From an uncultured Prevotella sp. (GTDB lineage Bacteria; Bacteroidota; Bacteroidia; Bacteroidales; Bacteroidaceae), in contig UQKO01000005.1 of assembly GCA_900541575.1 (NCBI GenBank), forward strand, positions 5,828 through 69,827: a DNA stretch of 64,000 nt, given 5' to 3'. Made by a program: the position numbers and the translations under genes. The notes below the pieces were generated by a model. That model was not told the DNA's origin. It made no database searches and worked only from the letters and a program-made list of their open reading frames with translations. This document shows positions 29,740 through 39,671 of the stretch, piece by piece (within the stretch, counting starts at the first letter, position 1; each line of letters opens with the position of its first letter).

Positions 29740-30879
29740 TCACTCCTTCACAAACCTCCGTACTTTCTGGAGGGGAATACCGAAGTTGAAATTGTCTGTG
29801 CCGTTGAGTTTGGCGAAGTTCACACCTACGAGGTTGCCACGCTCGTCGACTACGGGGCTGCCACTTGAGCCTTGCATCGTGGGAATGCTATAGAGCAAAC
29901 GACTGCCATCGGGCATCTGCGTGATTCGTCCACCCGTCATTTGCACTTTGATGCCTTTGCGCGTGTTAGCAAGAACGATACCCGCGTTGAAGCCTATCAT
30001 GTAGAGTTGTTGGTCTATCTTGGGAGCATCGGGTGAGGGAGTGTCGCTCTTTTTCTTGAAGATATTCCACCAGTGCGACTGACCCCTCCGTTTATCCACG
30101 GAAAACACGTAACACGCATCGGGTGTTTTCTCGCTGCGAAGTTGCAAGAGCGCAAGGTCAGTTTCCTCGTCTGTGGACAAGCGCACCACGTTACAAGGAT
30201 TTTTGCCCAAGAAATCGCTTTCTGTACTGACGTAAGAGTCGTTGTAGGCAATGCCCAATTCGCAGATAGGATGAATGGTGATACAGGACGGATCGAGTTG
30301 ATCCCCCACTCCGTCACGCGCCAGCATTGCGGCATTGTATTGCTGCTGCAGTTCGCTCTGCTCGCTTTCTATTTGGCTCAGACGCTGTTGATCCACCTCT
30401 ACGTTTCCCCAAAAGTCTTCGCTTACGCACTCTTGCTTTTGGCTCTCGAGGGCATTGTACTGATCGGAGAGATTGCTCATGCGTGCTTCATAGAGCGCCT
30501 TCACGTAGCGTATGATGTTCATGAGGCTCTGCTTCACCTGTGCTTCGTCGATGATAGGCGATGCCACGTGGCGATTGGTAAGCAACATTCCGCGGTCGTT
30601 GATAAAGAAGGCAGTACCCGTCATGTAGCCACAGTTTTTGCGTATCTCGTTGATATCGTCAGTAAGTCCAGTGAGCGTACCATCCTCTCCGATGCTTGTG
30701 AAATAGAGATGATCGCCGCTGGGAAGCGTCACGTTGTAATAAAATTTATTGAGTACCATGACCACTCCCGATGCTTCTTCTTTGTAAAGTTCTTCGGGCG
30801 TAGGCGGCTCATTAGAGCAGCCTACGAGAAGCAGTACACTGACGAACAGTGAGAGGAGGTAAAGAGTTATTTGTTTCAT
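29740..30879 (-). CDS. Trypsin-like (S1) serine protease lipoprotein
   Basis: Lipobox LVGC; triad motifs LTNRHV, DLALLQL and GSSGSP. Confidence 0.9.
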   Translation of the reverse strand: MKQITLYLLSLFVSVLLLVGCSNEPPTPEELYKEEASGVVMVLNKFYYNVTLPSGDHLYFTSIGEDGTLTGLTDDINEIRKNCGYMTGTAFFINDRGMLLTNRHVASPIIDEAQVKQSLMNIIRYVKALYEARMSNLSDQYNALESQKQECVSEDFWGNVEVDQQRLSQIESEQSELQQQYNAAMLARDGVGDQLDPSCITIHPICELGIAYNDSYVSTESDFLGKNPCNVVRLSTDEETDLALLQLRSEKTPDACYVFSVDKRRGQSHWWNIFKKKSDTPSPDAPKIDQQLYMIGFNAGIVLANTRKGIKVQMTGGRITQMPDGSRLLYSIPTMQGSSGSPVVDERGNLVGVNFAKLNGTDNFNFGIPLQKVRRFVKE

Positions 30880-30910
30880 ATGGTAATGTGCTTGTATTCA
30901 GTTTATCTTC

Positions 30911-31139
30911 TGCAAAGATAGTGCAAATCAAATGCAGAATATCAAGCTGGCTTGAATATTATGCTGAGATGTAGCCTATCTTATACAAAGATAGTGCAAA
31001 CCGAATGCAGAATATCAAGCTGGCTTGAATATTATGCTGAGATGTAGCCTATTTTAGGCAAAGATAGTGCAAATCGAATGCAGAATATCAAGCTGGCTTG
31101 AATATTATGCTGAGATGTAGCCTATCTTATGCAAAGATA
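30911..31139. repeat. Three tandem 73-bp copies of repeat family A plus a 10-bp terminal copy
   Basis: Units start at 30911, 30984 and 31057, partial at 31130; central palindrome AATATCAAGC-TG-GCTTGAATATT. Confidence 0.95.
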
Positions 31140-31291
31140 ATATACTTCCGAGTTTCAACCCAAAGAGAATGTACAAACTATACACTATTATTAGGAAGCT
31201 ATTAATGGAGGTTCTATTCATTCTGAAGAATAAAGTATTCTATCTGATGTGCGATTTGCATGCTCCGCCCTATGGTATATTCAACGCTTCG

Positions 31292-31510
31292 TAAACGTCC
31301 CGCCGTCCGCGAATGAGCTTCTTTCCGTTTACAGATAACCATCCACCCATCGTTCACCGTTCGGTGAACGATGAGTCACCGCCCAGTGACTGAGCGTTCA
31401 ACGCCCAGTGAACGATCGTTCACCGAGCGGTGAACGATGGAAAGATGCTCATCTGCGAATGGATAAGTCCTCATTCAAATATGATAATGACTATGTTCGG
31501 GACGCTTTAT
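31292..31510. repeat. MITE-like nested inverted repeat with a core of 4 x 22-bp palindromic units (31351-31438)
   Basis: CGTTCACCG...GGTGAACGAT-type units; flanks CGTCCCG/CGGGACG and GAATGAG/CTCATTC. Confidence 0.8.
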
Positions 31511-31572
31511 TTCCTCATGAGGGTTAGATGAATTGTTACCCACTAAGGAACGCTCATGCTGAGCGTAGTACG

Positions 31573-31612
31573 AAAAATCCCATCTCTGACATGATTATGC
31601 AGAGATGGGATT
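31573..31612 (-). terminator. Terminator of the nuo operon
   Basis: AATCCCATCTCTG...CAGAGATGGGATT with a T tract on the minus strand. Confidence 0.75.
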
Positions 31613-31667
31613 ATATCGATATATTAGCATTAAAGGAAAAAACCTCCTATGCTAAAGGGCGCAATGC

Positions 31668-33116
31668 TTAGAGGCCGTAGCTAAAACCACTGATGTAGTT
31701 GTAGAACACGCCGCCAAGGCCCAATACCAATACACCGAGGGTGCAGAGGAAGAGGGCTACGCGAGTATATGCATCGCTCTTGAACGAAGGTATCGGGCCC
31801 TCGTTAGGTTTGATATACATGGCCTTGACGATGAGCAGATAGTAGTAGAGCGAGATGACAGTGTTGGCCAAAGCGATAAATACCAACAGGGGATAGCCAG
31901 CCTTGAAAGCGGCCATGAATACGAAGAACTTTGAGAAGAATCCTGCAAAAGGAGGAATACCAGCCAAAGAGAAGAGGCAAAGCGTCATGAGGAATGCCAA
32001 CTTCGGATTGCTCTGGTAGAGTCCGTCGTAGTCGCTGATGTTGATTTTACCGCTATTTTCCTCAACGGTGGTCATCACCGCAAAGGCACCAAGGTTGGAC
32101 ACCATATATACCAGGAGGTAGAACACGAGGGCGGTCATGCCCTGTGCTGTGCCGTCCATAATGGCCAATACCAAATAGCCAGCCTGCGAGATAGCCGAGA
32201 ATGCCATGAAGCGCTTGAGGTTGTTCTGGCGAATGGCAAAGAGGTTGGCCACCGTGATAGAGGCTACGATGATCCAGTACATGGCGGTGTTCCAGCTATA
32301 GAAGAGGTCGCTCTGAGCGAAAGCCTTCATCAAGATGGTGAGCAGCACAAAGGCTGCAGAGCCCTTAGAGATTACACTCAAGTAGGCTGTAACAGAAGTG
32401 GGCGCACCTTCATAAGTATCGGCTGTCCAAAGATGGAAGGGAACAAGTGAGATCTTGAAGCCCAATCCGGCGATAAAGAGAATCATGCCGAAGATGCTGA
32501 GCAGAGATCCATCGAGCTGAGCACCGATTTCGTTGAAGTAGAGTGTGCCTGTTGCACCGTAGATGAGCGATACGCCATAGAGCAAGAGGGCGCTTGAGAA
32601 GAGAGCGAGCAGGATGAACTTAGCACCTGCTTCGGCACTCTCGAAACGTTTCTTGTCGAAGGCTACCAGGGCAGTAACGGGAACGGATGCCATTTCGAGT
32701 CCGATGAAGAACATCAAGAAGTGACCACTCGAAATCATGAAATACATGCCGAGCAGGGTGAATAGGGTGAGCATGTAGAACTCGCCTTGCTTCACGAGGT
32801 TCTCCTCGCGGGTCAACCACTTGTGAGCCATGAGAAACACAATGATGGTACCCACATTGAGCACGCTCTTCATGATGGTCATCATGGGCGTGTACTGATA
32901 CATGCCACCAAATGCACTCGTCGGTTCTGCACTGCAGCAGGGCAGAAGGTTGAGCAGCGTGTGAAGGGTGAGCAAGATTACGGGCAAAGCTGTGTTGTAA
33001 ACGCCTTTCCCGCTCTTTTTATCAGGACACATGAAGAGATCGGCAATAAACAGGATAACGATCACTGCTAACAACGAAAGCTCCTCATGCATATAGAGAA
33101 ATTGAGAATAATCCAT
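31668..33116 (-). CDS. nuoN: NADH-quinone oxidoreductase subunit N
   Basis: [28 protein letters not shown] and [10 protein letters not shown] motifs. Confidence 0.97.
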   Translation of the reverse strand: MDYSQFLYMHEELSLLAVIVILFIADLFMCPDKKSGKGVYNTALPVILLTLHTLLNLLPCCSAEPTSAFGGMYQYTPMMTIMKSVLNVGTIIVFLMAHKWLTREENLVKQGEFYMLTLFTLLGMYFMISSGHFLMFFIGLEMASVPVTALVAFDKKRFESAEAGAKFILLALFSSALLLYGVSLIYGATGTLYFNEIGAQLDGSLLSIFGMILFIAGLGFKISLVPFHLWTADTYEGAPTSVTAYLSVISKGSAAFVLLTILMKAFAQSDLFYSWNTAMYWIIVASITVANLFAIRQNNLKRFMAFSAISQAGYLVLAIMDGTAQGMTALVFYLLVYMVSNLGAFAVMTTVEENSGKINISDYDGLYQSNPKLAFLMTLCLFSLAGIPPFAGFFSKFFVFMAAFKAGYPLLVFIALANTVISLYYYLLIVKAMYIKPNEGPIPSFKSDAYTRVALFLCTLGVLVLGLGGVFYNYISGFSYGL

Positions 33117-33136
33117 TGTATGTTAGTTTAATGAGA

Positions 33137-34669
33137 TTAAAGGAAAGGATTGCAGCTTGCTACTGTACCAGCTACAGAGTGAATATGATCTACGATAGGA
33201 GCAACACCCGTGGTGATCATGTCGCTTACCCAGAGCGGAGCAAGACCGAGGCCTGCTACGGCTACGATAAGGCAAATCACAGCAAAGCGTTCGTCCCAAG
33301 TAGCATCGGTGAGCTTGAGATGATGCTCGTTGGTGCAAGTACCATAGAGAATCTTACCAACTACACGGAGGATGTAGACTGCGGTGATTACGATGGAACA
33401 GCAAGCAGCGATGGTGAGCACGCGGTGGAAGGTGTCTGCATTCTGGAACGAACCTACGAAGATGGTCATCTCAGCAATGAATCCTGAGAAACCAGGCAGA
33501 CCAAGGTTGGCCAAACCTGCGATGATATAACCTACCGAGAGGAAAGGCATAATACGCATCAAGCCGTTGAGTTCGCGGATGTCGCGTGTGTGTGTACGAC
33601 CATAGATCATACCGATGAGGGCAAAGAAAAGAGCGGTCATGAGGCCGTGGCTCAACATCTGAAGCACAGCACCCGTACAAGCCGTCTGATTGAGCATGAG
33701 GATGGCGAAGAGCACCATACCGCAGTGAGATACTGAAGAATATGCGTTGATATACTTCAAGTCGGTCTGTACACAAGCTGAGAAAGCACCATATACGACG
33801 GAGATACCTGTAAGGATCAAGAAGATCCAACTCAGTTCGTTGGCTGCCTCAGGCATAAGATACATGGCAATACGGAAGCAACCATAGCCACCGAGCTTCA
33901 TCAACACACCAGCATGGAGCATTGACACTGCGGTAGGGGCGGAAGCATGACCATCGGGCGACCATGTATGGAAGGGGAACAAAGCGCCAAGTACACCAAA
34001 ACCGATAAAGGTCAAGGGGAACCAAATGCACTGCTGAGCGAAAGGAATGGTGTGAGCACCATTGAGATGGTTGGCAATCTCTACGATGTTCATGGTATGA
34101 CCACCAGCACCATAGAAGATACCGAAGATGCCGCACATCAAGAAGGCTGAACCACCCATAAGCATGAGGGTGAGCTTCATTGCTGCATATTCCTTCTTGC
34201 CCGAACCCCATACACCGATGAGGAGGTACATAGGAATCAACGCGATTTCGTAGAACATGAACATGGCGAACATGTCGACCGAGATAAAGAAGCCAAACAC
34301 ACCGAGGCTCAACAAGGTGAACCAAAGGAAGTATTCCTTGGTGAGAGGCTTAAGTTGCCATGAGGCAAATGTTCCGGTGAAGACGATAACCGAAGAAAGT
34401 AGCAACATGGCCACGGAGATGCCATCGACGCCCACGGAATATTTGATGTGAAGCGGCTCAAACCAATTGAACGATGCGGTATAGAGCATTTCGTCAGTGG
34501 CTCCTGCTGCGCGGTCGCCGAGGAAGGTTATGGTGAGGTAGGCTGCCAAGATGAGCAACAGCGAGCTACCTGTGACCATCACCGCACGTACGCCCTTCAC
34601 ATCTCTTGCCAGCCACAATCCAAGCAGCATGACAAGCGGAATCAATACGAATAATGATAGAAAATTCAT
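33137..34669 (-). CDS. nuoM: NADH-quinone oxidoreductase subunit M
   Basis: GVDGIS, PFHTWSPDGHASAP and LGLPGFSGFIAE motifs. Confidence 0.97.
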   Translation of the reverse strand: MNFLSLFVLIPLVMLLGLWLARDVKGVRAVMVTGSSLLLILAAYLTITFLGDRAAGATDEMLYTASFNWFEPLHIKYSVGVDGISVAMLLLSSVIVFTGTFASWQLKPLTKEYFLWFTLLSLGVFGFFISVDMFAMFMFYEIALIPMYLLIGVWGSGKKEYAAMKLTLMLMGGSAFLMCGIFGIFYGAGGHTMNIVEIANHLNGAHTIPFAQQCIWFPLTFIGFGVLGALFPFHTWSPDGHASAPTAVSMLHAGVLMKLGGYGCFRIAMYLMPEAANELSWIFLILTGISVVYGAFSACVQTDLKYINAYSSVSHCGMVLFAILMLNQTACTGAVLQMLSHGLMTALFFALIGMIYGRTHTRDIRELNGLMRIMPFLSVGYIIAGLANLGLPGFSGFIAEMTIFVGSFQNADTFHRVLTIAACCSIVITAVYILRVVGKILYGTCTNEHHLKLTDATWDERFAVICLIVAVAGLGLAPLWVSDMITTGVAPIVDHIHSVAGTVASCNPFL

Positions 34670-34685
34670 TGTTTTGTTTCTTTTT

Positions 34686-34775
34686 AGTTTAAGAGTCTAA
34701 GAGTTTATGAGCCAAGAGGATAGTCTTCGTGCGAAGAGCATCATCTTAACTTTTCAACTCCTCAACTTTTCAACT
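34686..34775. repeat. Octamer-arm intergenic element (nuoL/nuoM)
   Basis: (AGTTTAAG)n-like left arm, unique core, (AACTTTTC)n-like right arm. Confidence 0.85.
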
Positions 34776-34779
34776 TATA

Positions 34780-36684
34780 TTATGCCAACGCTGCAATTGC
34801 CAACACGATGAGCAGACCGAGCAAGTATACATAAGCGTATGCCTGAACGGAACCGCCCTGCAAGCCACGGATGCGGAAGCTGAGCGCATTTGCGCCCCAT
34901 GCCAAGAAGTTGAAGAATCCGTCGATGACGTGACGATCAAACCATGCGATGGGCTTGGAGATGTGGGCAAAGATGATACGATGAGTAATATACTGGTAAA
35001 CCTCGTCCATGTAGAAACGCTTGTAAGCCCAACGATGGAGCTTGGCAAACTTCTCTGCCATAGCGTCGGCCTTGGGCTGACGTTCGCCCATATACATATA
35101 AGTGGCAAGGAAGATAGAAGCTACTGCGATGATGATGCTCGTACCTGCTACGTTCCAGTCGAGGTGAATATCGTAAAGCTGACCATCAGCACTTACGAAG
35201 TGGCCGAAAGGAATGAAGCCTGCTACGCAAGTTACCACTGCCAAGAACATCAAGGGGAAGGTCATGGTCAGAGGCGCTTCATGCGGAGTATGCTCTGCAT
35301 GGAGTTGCTTGTTCTCTGTGCCCCAGAAGATACCGAAGTAGAGACGGAACATATAGAACGCGGTCATCGCAGCGATGGCTGTCATGATCCATCCCATAGC
35401 GGGCATGTAAGCAAATGCTGCAGTCAGAATCTCATCCTTTGAGAAGAAACCTGAGAAGGGAGGTATACCTGAAATAGCCAAACATGCGATCAAAAACGTG
35501 ATGTGCGTGATAGGCATGTACTTACGCAGACCGCCCATGGCCGACATTTCATTGCTGTGAACAGCATGAATAATGCAACCAGCACCCAAGAACAAGAGAG
35601 CCTTGAACATGGCATGAGTGAAGAGGTGGAACATGGAAGCCATGTAGCCAAGCGAACCCACGTGTTCGTGACCCGTAGCAAATTCGGTGCAGACACCGAG
35701 CGATACCATCATGAAGGCAATCTGTGAGATGGTAGAGAAAGCTAGCACGCGCTTGATATCGCTCTGGCAGCATGCGACAGCTGCGGCATAGAAAGCGGTG
35801 AATGCGCCTACCCAAGCTACGATGTGGAGTGTGCTGGGAGCATACTCTATCCACAAGGGGAAGAGACGAGCAATCTGGAACACACCTGCTACAACCATCG
35901 TTGCGGCATGGATAAGGGCCGACACAGGGGTAGGACCTTCCATTGCATCGGGAAGCCAGATGTGGAGGGGGAACATTGCACTCTTACCAGCACCACCGAT
36001 AAACATGAGGAACAAAGCTGTAGGAAGCATCATAGCGCCCTGAGCGAAGCCCTCTTGGCAGAACTCGAAACCGAATGAATGGCAATAGTAACCATAGATA
36101 AGGATACCGATCAAGAAGAAGAGGTCGGCGAAACGAGTTACGATGAATGCTTTCTTACTAGCTGCAATAGCTGCGGGCGAAGTGTAGTAGAAACCAATGA
36201 GGAGGTAAGAAGAAACACCCACCAATTCCCAAAACATGTACATCTGGAAGATGTTGGTAGCTACTACCAAGCCAAGCATTGACATGGTGAAGAGGCTGAG
36301 GAATGCATAGTAGCGCTGGAATCCGCGTTCACCATGCATATAGCCGAACGAATAGATGTGTACCATGAGCGATACGGTAGAGATGACGATAAGCATCATC
36401 ACCGAGATGGGGTCGAGCATGATACCCATATCGAAGCTGAGTCCTTTCACGAAGAAAGGCAGCCACTGAAAGTTGTAGGGCATGAGCGTAGGAAGCACGC
36501 CTTCTGCCGTACGCGGAGTGAGGAAGAAATACTGGTATGCAGTGTAGTAAGCCATCACGGCTACGGCACCTAATACGACAGTACCTACCAATCCCGCTGC
36601 TTTATGGCTGAACCACTTTCCGAACACTCCCAGTAGGAGGAACGAGAAGAATGGCAGCAAAAGTATAAGAATTGTATAATCCAT
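34780..36684 (-). CDS. nuoL: NADH-quinone oxidoreductase subunit L
   Basis: GKSAMFPLHIWLPDAMEGPTPVSALIHAATMV and HAMFKALLFL motifs. Confidence 0.97.
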   Translation of the reverse strand: MDYTILILLLPFFSFLLLGVFGKWFSHKAAGLVGTVVLGAVAVMAYYTAYQYFFLTPRTAEGVLPTLMPYNFQWLPFFVKGLSFDMGIMLDPISVMMLIVISTVSLMVHIYSFGYMHGERGFQRYYAFLSLFTMSMLGLVVATNIFQMYMFWELVGVSSYLLIGFYYTSPAAIAASKKAFIVTRFADLFFLIGILIYGYYCHSFGFEFCQEGFAQGAMMLPTALFLMFIGGAGKSAMFPLHIWLPDAMEGPTPVSALIHAATMVVAGVFQIARLFPLWIEYAPSTLHIVAWVGAFTAFYAAAVACCQSDIKRVLAFSTISQIAFMMVSLGVCTEFATGHEHVGSLGYMASMFHLFTHAMFKALLFLGAGCIIHAVHSNEMSAMGGLRKYMPITHITFLIACLAISGIPPFSGFFSKDEILTAAFAYMPAMGWIMTAIAAMTAFYMFRLYFGIFWGTENKQLHAEHTPHEAPLTMTFPLMFLAVVTCVAGFIPFGHFVSADGQLYDIHLDWNVAGTSIIIAVASIFLATYMYMGERQPKADAMAEKFAKLHRWAYKRFYMDEVYQYITHRIIFAHISKPIAWFDRHVIDGFFNFLAWGANALSFRIRGLQGGSVQAYAYVYLLGLLIVLAIAALA

Positions 36685-36694
36685 TGTTTTTTAT

Positions 36695-36833
36695 AGTTTA
36701 AGAGTTTAAGAGTTTAGAGTTTAGAGGTCGCTGTTCGTATCGAGTTCTCTTGTAGAGATCCTTGCGACTCACTCCGACACATTATATATATGGGAGTAAT
36801 CTCTTAACTTATCAACTCTTCAACTTTTCAACT
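36695..36833. repeat. Octamer-arm intergenic element (nuoK/nuoL)
   Basis: AGTTTAAGAGTTTAAGAGTTTAGAG ... AACTTATCAACTCTTCAACTTTTCAACT. Confidence 0.85.
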
Positions 36834-36840
36834 TTTTTAT

Positions 36841-37149
36841 TTACCACTTCATCTTCTCGAGTTCACCCACCTGGATATTCTTAATCATGCGGTAGATGTT
36901 GATCATGATGGCAATTGCGATGGCACTTTCAGCTGCCGAGATGGCGATGGAGAAGAGTGCAAAGAAGTAGCCTTCATAACCGTCGGGATAAAGCATACGG
37001 TTAAACACTGCAAAGTTCAAGTCGGTGGCATTGAGCATCAGCTCCACCGAAAGAAGGATGGCCAATGTGCTGCGGCGAGTCAAGAATCCGAAAACGCCGG
37101 CAAACATCATGATGGCTGAGATTATCAGGATATATTCTATCTGAATCAT
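36841..37149 (-). CDS. nuoK: NADH-quinone oxidoreductase subunit K
   Basis: LSVELMLNA and AAESAIAIA motifs. Confidence 0.96.
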   Translation of the reverse strand: MIQIEYILIISAIMMFAGVFGFLTRRSTLAILLSVELMLNATDLNFAVFNRMLYPDGYEGYFFALFSIAISAAESAIAIAIMINIYRMIKNIQVGELEKMKW

Positions 37150-37167
37150 AATGATTTGTTCTTTTAA

Positions 37168-37319
37168 AGTTTATCAGTTTAAAAGTTTATCAGTTTAGCA
37201 GTCACCTTCTTACATGTTGCTATTGCATAAATTGCATCGCATACTTCGACACGTTGTAAAATGCTTTTCAATCTGTTGAAGCTTTATGCTTAACTTTTCA
37301 ACTTCTAATCTTTTCAACT
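37168..37319. repeat. Octamer-arm intergenic element (nuoJ/nuoK)
   Basis: AGTTTATCAGTTTAAAAGTTTATCAGTTTAGC ... GCTTAACTTTTCAACTTCTAATCTTTTCAACT. Confidence 0.85.
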
Positions 37320-37329
37320 TTCAATTCTA

Positions 37330-37854
37330 CTAGCGTTTGCGGGCAATCACCAATGCACCTACGATACAAGCGAGCAAAAGCACACTGACAGCCTCGAAGG
37401 GAAGCAGGTAGCCGTTATCGCCCGATGAGAGCATGTTTTGTCCTATTGACTGAATTGTTGTAACTTGGCTTGCTGTCTCGCTGGGTGCAGTGAGGATTGC
37501 GGCTTTAAAATTGTGAGAGAGCACAATCCAGCCGAACGTAAGGAATCCTACGAGCGAGAGAAGGAAGCCCCATGAGGCATCTTTCAGTTTACGCTTGAAG
37601 ATTTCCTGATCCTTCGCACCTTCTGTCAGCAAGATAGAGAACACATAGAGCACGATGATACCGCCAGCGTAAACGATTACCTGCGCAGCACCGAGGAATG
37701 TGTAGCCCATCAAGAAGTACATGCCTGCTGTGCCCAAGAGCACGAAGAACAGGTATGTGGCTGCACGTACAATGCTCTTTGTCAATACCGTAGCAATTGA
37801 CGAAAGCACCATCAGCACGGCCAAGATGACGAACATGATGTTTTGTGAATTCAT
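37330..37854 (-). CDS. nuoJ: NADH-quinone oxidoreductase subunit J
   Basis: QVIVYAGGIIVL and LLPFEAVSVLLL motifs. Confidence 0.96.
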   Translation of the reverse strand: MNSQNIMFVILAVLMVLSSIATVLTKSIVRAATYLFFVLLGTAGMYFLMGYTFLGAAQVIVYAGGIIVLYVFSILLTEGAKDQEIFKRKLKDASWGFLLSLVGFLTFGWIVLSHNFKAAILTAPSETASQVTTIQSIGQNMLSSGDNGYLLPFEAVSVLLLACIVGALVIARKR

Positions 37855-37867
37855 TTTCTTTTCTTGA

Positions 37868-38012
37868 AGTTAAGAGTTTAAAAGTTTAAGAGTTAAGCGT
37901 ATGCTTTATTATTCTCACCGCCTTGAATCCTCTTCTTGAGAAAGCATGAGTATCTGCACTGGATTGAATGCAAGAGCATCTTCTTAACTTCTCAACTTTC
38001 AACTTTTCAACT
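37868..38012. repeat. Octamer-arm intergenic element (nuoI/nuoJ)
   Basis: AGTTAAGAGTTTAAAAGTTTAAGAGTTAAG ... CTTAACTTCTCAACTTTCAACTTTTCAACT. Confidence 0.85.
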
Positions 38013-38019
38013 ATACTAA

Positions 38020-38487
38020 TTATTTCTTTTCTTCTACATGGCTACCCGGATGGTTGAGCACCTTGACGAGTTTTGAGCGGTCGAACACGGCGTTCTCGTA
38101 GCTCTGGTCGAAGGTGATGGCACCATGGGGGCAAGCGCGTGTACAGAGCATGCAGAACATGCAGCAGCCCAGGTCGTACTCATACTTCACGAGGCGTTTC
38201 TTTTTCTTGCCATCGGGAGTTTCATACATTTCGCTGGTCACCTTGATGCTACCGTTGGGGCATTGCATCTGGCAGATTCCGCAACCCACACACTTGTGCT
38301 CATTCTGCTCATTGTGGGGCATGGTGAGCGAACCGCGGAAACGATCGAACATCTGGTTCGTCGCGCGATTCTCGGGGTATTGCTCGGTGATTTTCGGAGT
38401 AAAGAACTCGCGCATGGTCGTCTTCAGACCTGTGCCGAGGCTCTTCAAGCCGCTTACTACACCGCCTATATAGCTTTTTTCTTCCAT
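38020..38487 (-). CDS. nuoI: NADH-quinone oxidoreductase subunit I
   Basis: Two CxxCxxCxxxCP 4Fe-4S motifs; ATG at 38487 (MEEKSY). Confidence 0.96.
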   Translation of the reverse strand: MEEKSYIGGVVSGLKSLGTGLKTTMREFFTPKITEQYPENRATNQMFDRFRGSLTMPHNEQNEHKCVGCGICQMQCPNGSIKVTSEMYETPDGKKKKRLVKYEYDLGCCMFCMLCTRACPHGAITFDQSYENAVFDRSKLVKVLNHPGSHVEEKK

Positions 38488-38502
38488 TGTATAACGCTTT
38501 GA

Positions 38503-38574
38503 AGTTTTAGAGTCTAAAAGTTTAAGAGTTGAGAGGATACCTCTTGGCTTCATAAACTTCTAAACTTTTCAACT
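38503..38574. repeat. Octamer-arm intergenic element (nuoH/nuoI)
   Basis: AGTTTTAGAGTCTAAAAGTTTAAGAG ... CATAAACTTCTAAACTTTTCAACT. Confidence 0.85.
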
Positions 38575-38580
38575 ATTTAC

Positions 38581-39666
38581 TTAGAACGTCCATCCCATAG
38601 CCACGCAGAGTGCCATAAGGATGAGGTTTACCATGCTGAAGGGCACGAGATACTTCCACTCGAGCGAGAGTATCTGGTCGATACGCAAGCGGGGGAAGGT
38701 CCAACGTAGCCACATGAGCAAGAACACCACGAAGAACGTCTTACCAATAAACCATACAGCACCGGGGATGTAGTCCATCACACCATTGAAGGCTTCGAGG
38801 CCGTAGATGTGAAGTGGAGCCCAACCACCGAGGAAGATGGTAGTAGCCATACCAGCGCAGATGAAGAGGTTGAGGTATTCTGCCAAGTAGTAGTAGCCGA
38901 AGTGCATACCTGAATACTCTGTGTGGTAACCAGCGGTCAACTCGCTCTCGCATTCGGGCAAGTCGAACGGACCACGGTTACACTCAGCATTTCCTGCTAC
39001 GAGATAGATCAAGAAGGCAATGACTGCGGGAATGTGACCACGGCAGATGTTCCAACCATTGAGATACTGATCGTTGCAAATCTCGCTAAACGACATTGTA
39101 CCGGTCAAGCAGATCATTGCCAACATAGTCATACCGATTGACAGCTCATAGCTGATAATCTGTGCACCACTACGCATGGCACCGATGAGAGAGTACTTAT
39201 TGTTAGAACTCCAACCTGCAAGCAGGATACCTACTACGCCAATCGACGACATAGCAAGGAAGAAGAATACGCCGACATTAAAGTCGATAATCTGCGCACC
39301 CTTGTTCCATGGCAGACATGAGAATGTGACCATCGAAGCTGTCACTACGAGGAACGGAGCCAAGTTGTGCAGGAAGAGGTCGGTCTGTCGCATACTGATA
39401 ATCTCCTTGGTCAGCATCTTAAATACGTCGCTGAACACCTGGAGTATACCCCATTTACCTACACGCATCGGTCCGAGACGGCATTGGAAAAATGCACAAA
39501 TCTTACGCTCCATGTAGATGAGGGCGATGGCAAACACGGCATACAGGGTGATGATGACCAATGCCACGAGGATGCTCTCCGTAAGGATCGCGCCCCATTC
39601 AGCAAAGCCACATGTACCTGTAAGGAAGTTGTGTAGCCAAGATGTTACTATACTAAAGTCAAACAT
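38581..39666 (-). CDS. nuoH: NADH-quinone oxidoreductase subunit H
   Basis: ERKICAFFQCRLGP, NRGPFDLPECESELTAGYHTEYSG and PRLRIDQ motifs. Confidence 0.97.
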   Translation of the reverse strand: MFDFSIVTSWLHNFLTGTCGFAEWGAILTESILVALVIITLYAVFAIALIYMERKICAFFQCRLGPMRVGKWGILQVFSDVFKMLTKEIISMRQTDLFLHNLAPFLVVTASMVTFSCLPWNKGAQIIDFNVGVFFFLAMSSIGVVGILLAGWSSNNKYSLIGAMRSGAQIISYELSIGMTMLAMICLTGTMSFSEICNDQYLNGWNICRGHIPAVIAFLIYLVAGNAECNRGPFDLPECESELTAGYHTEYSGMHFGYYYLAEYLNLFICAGMATTIFLGGWAPLHIYGLEAFNGVMDYIPGAVWFIGKTFFVVFLLMWLRWTFPRLRIDQILSLEWKYLVPFSMVNLILMALCVAMGWTF

Positions 39667-39671
39667 AAATC

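Noticed and set aside
30073..30852. 259-aa plus-strand ORF
   Set aside because: Antisense shadow of the S1 protease with no recognisable motifs
30911..31139. CRISPR array
   Set aside because: Units are near-identical along their whole 73 bp, with no unique spacers and no cas genes in the window
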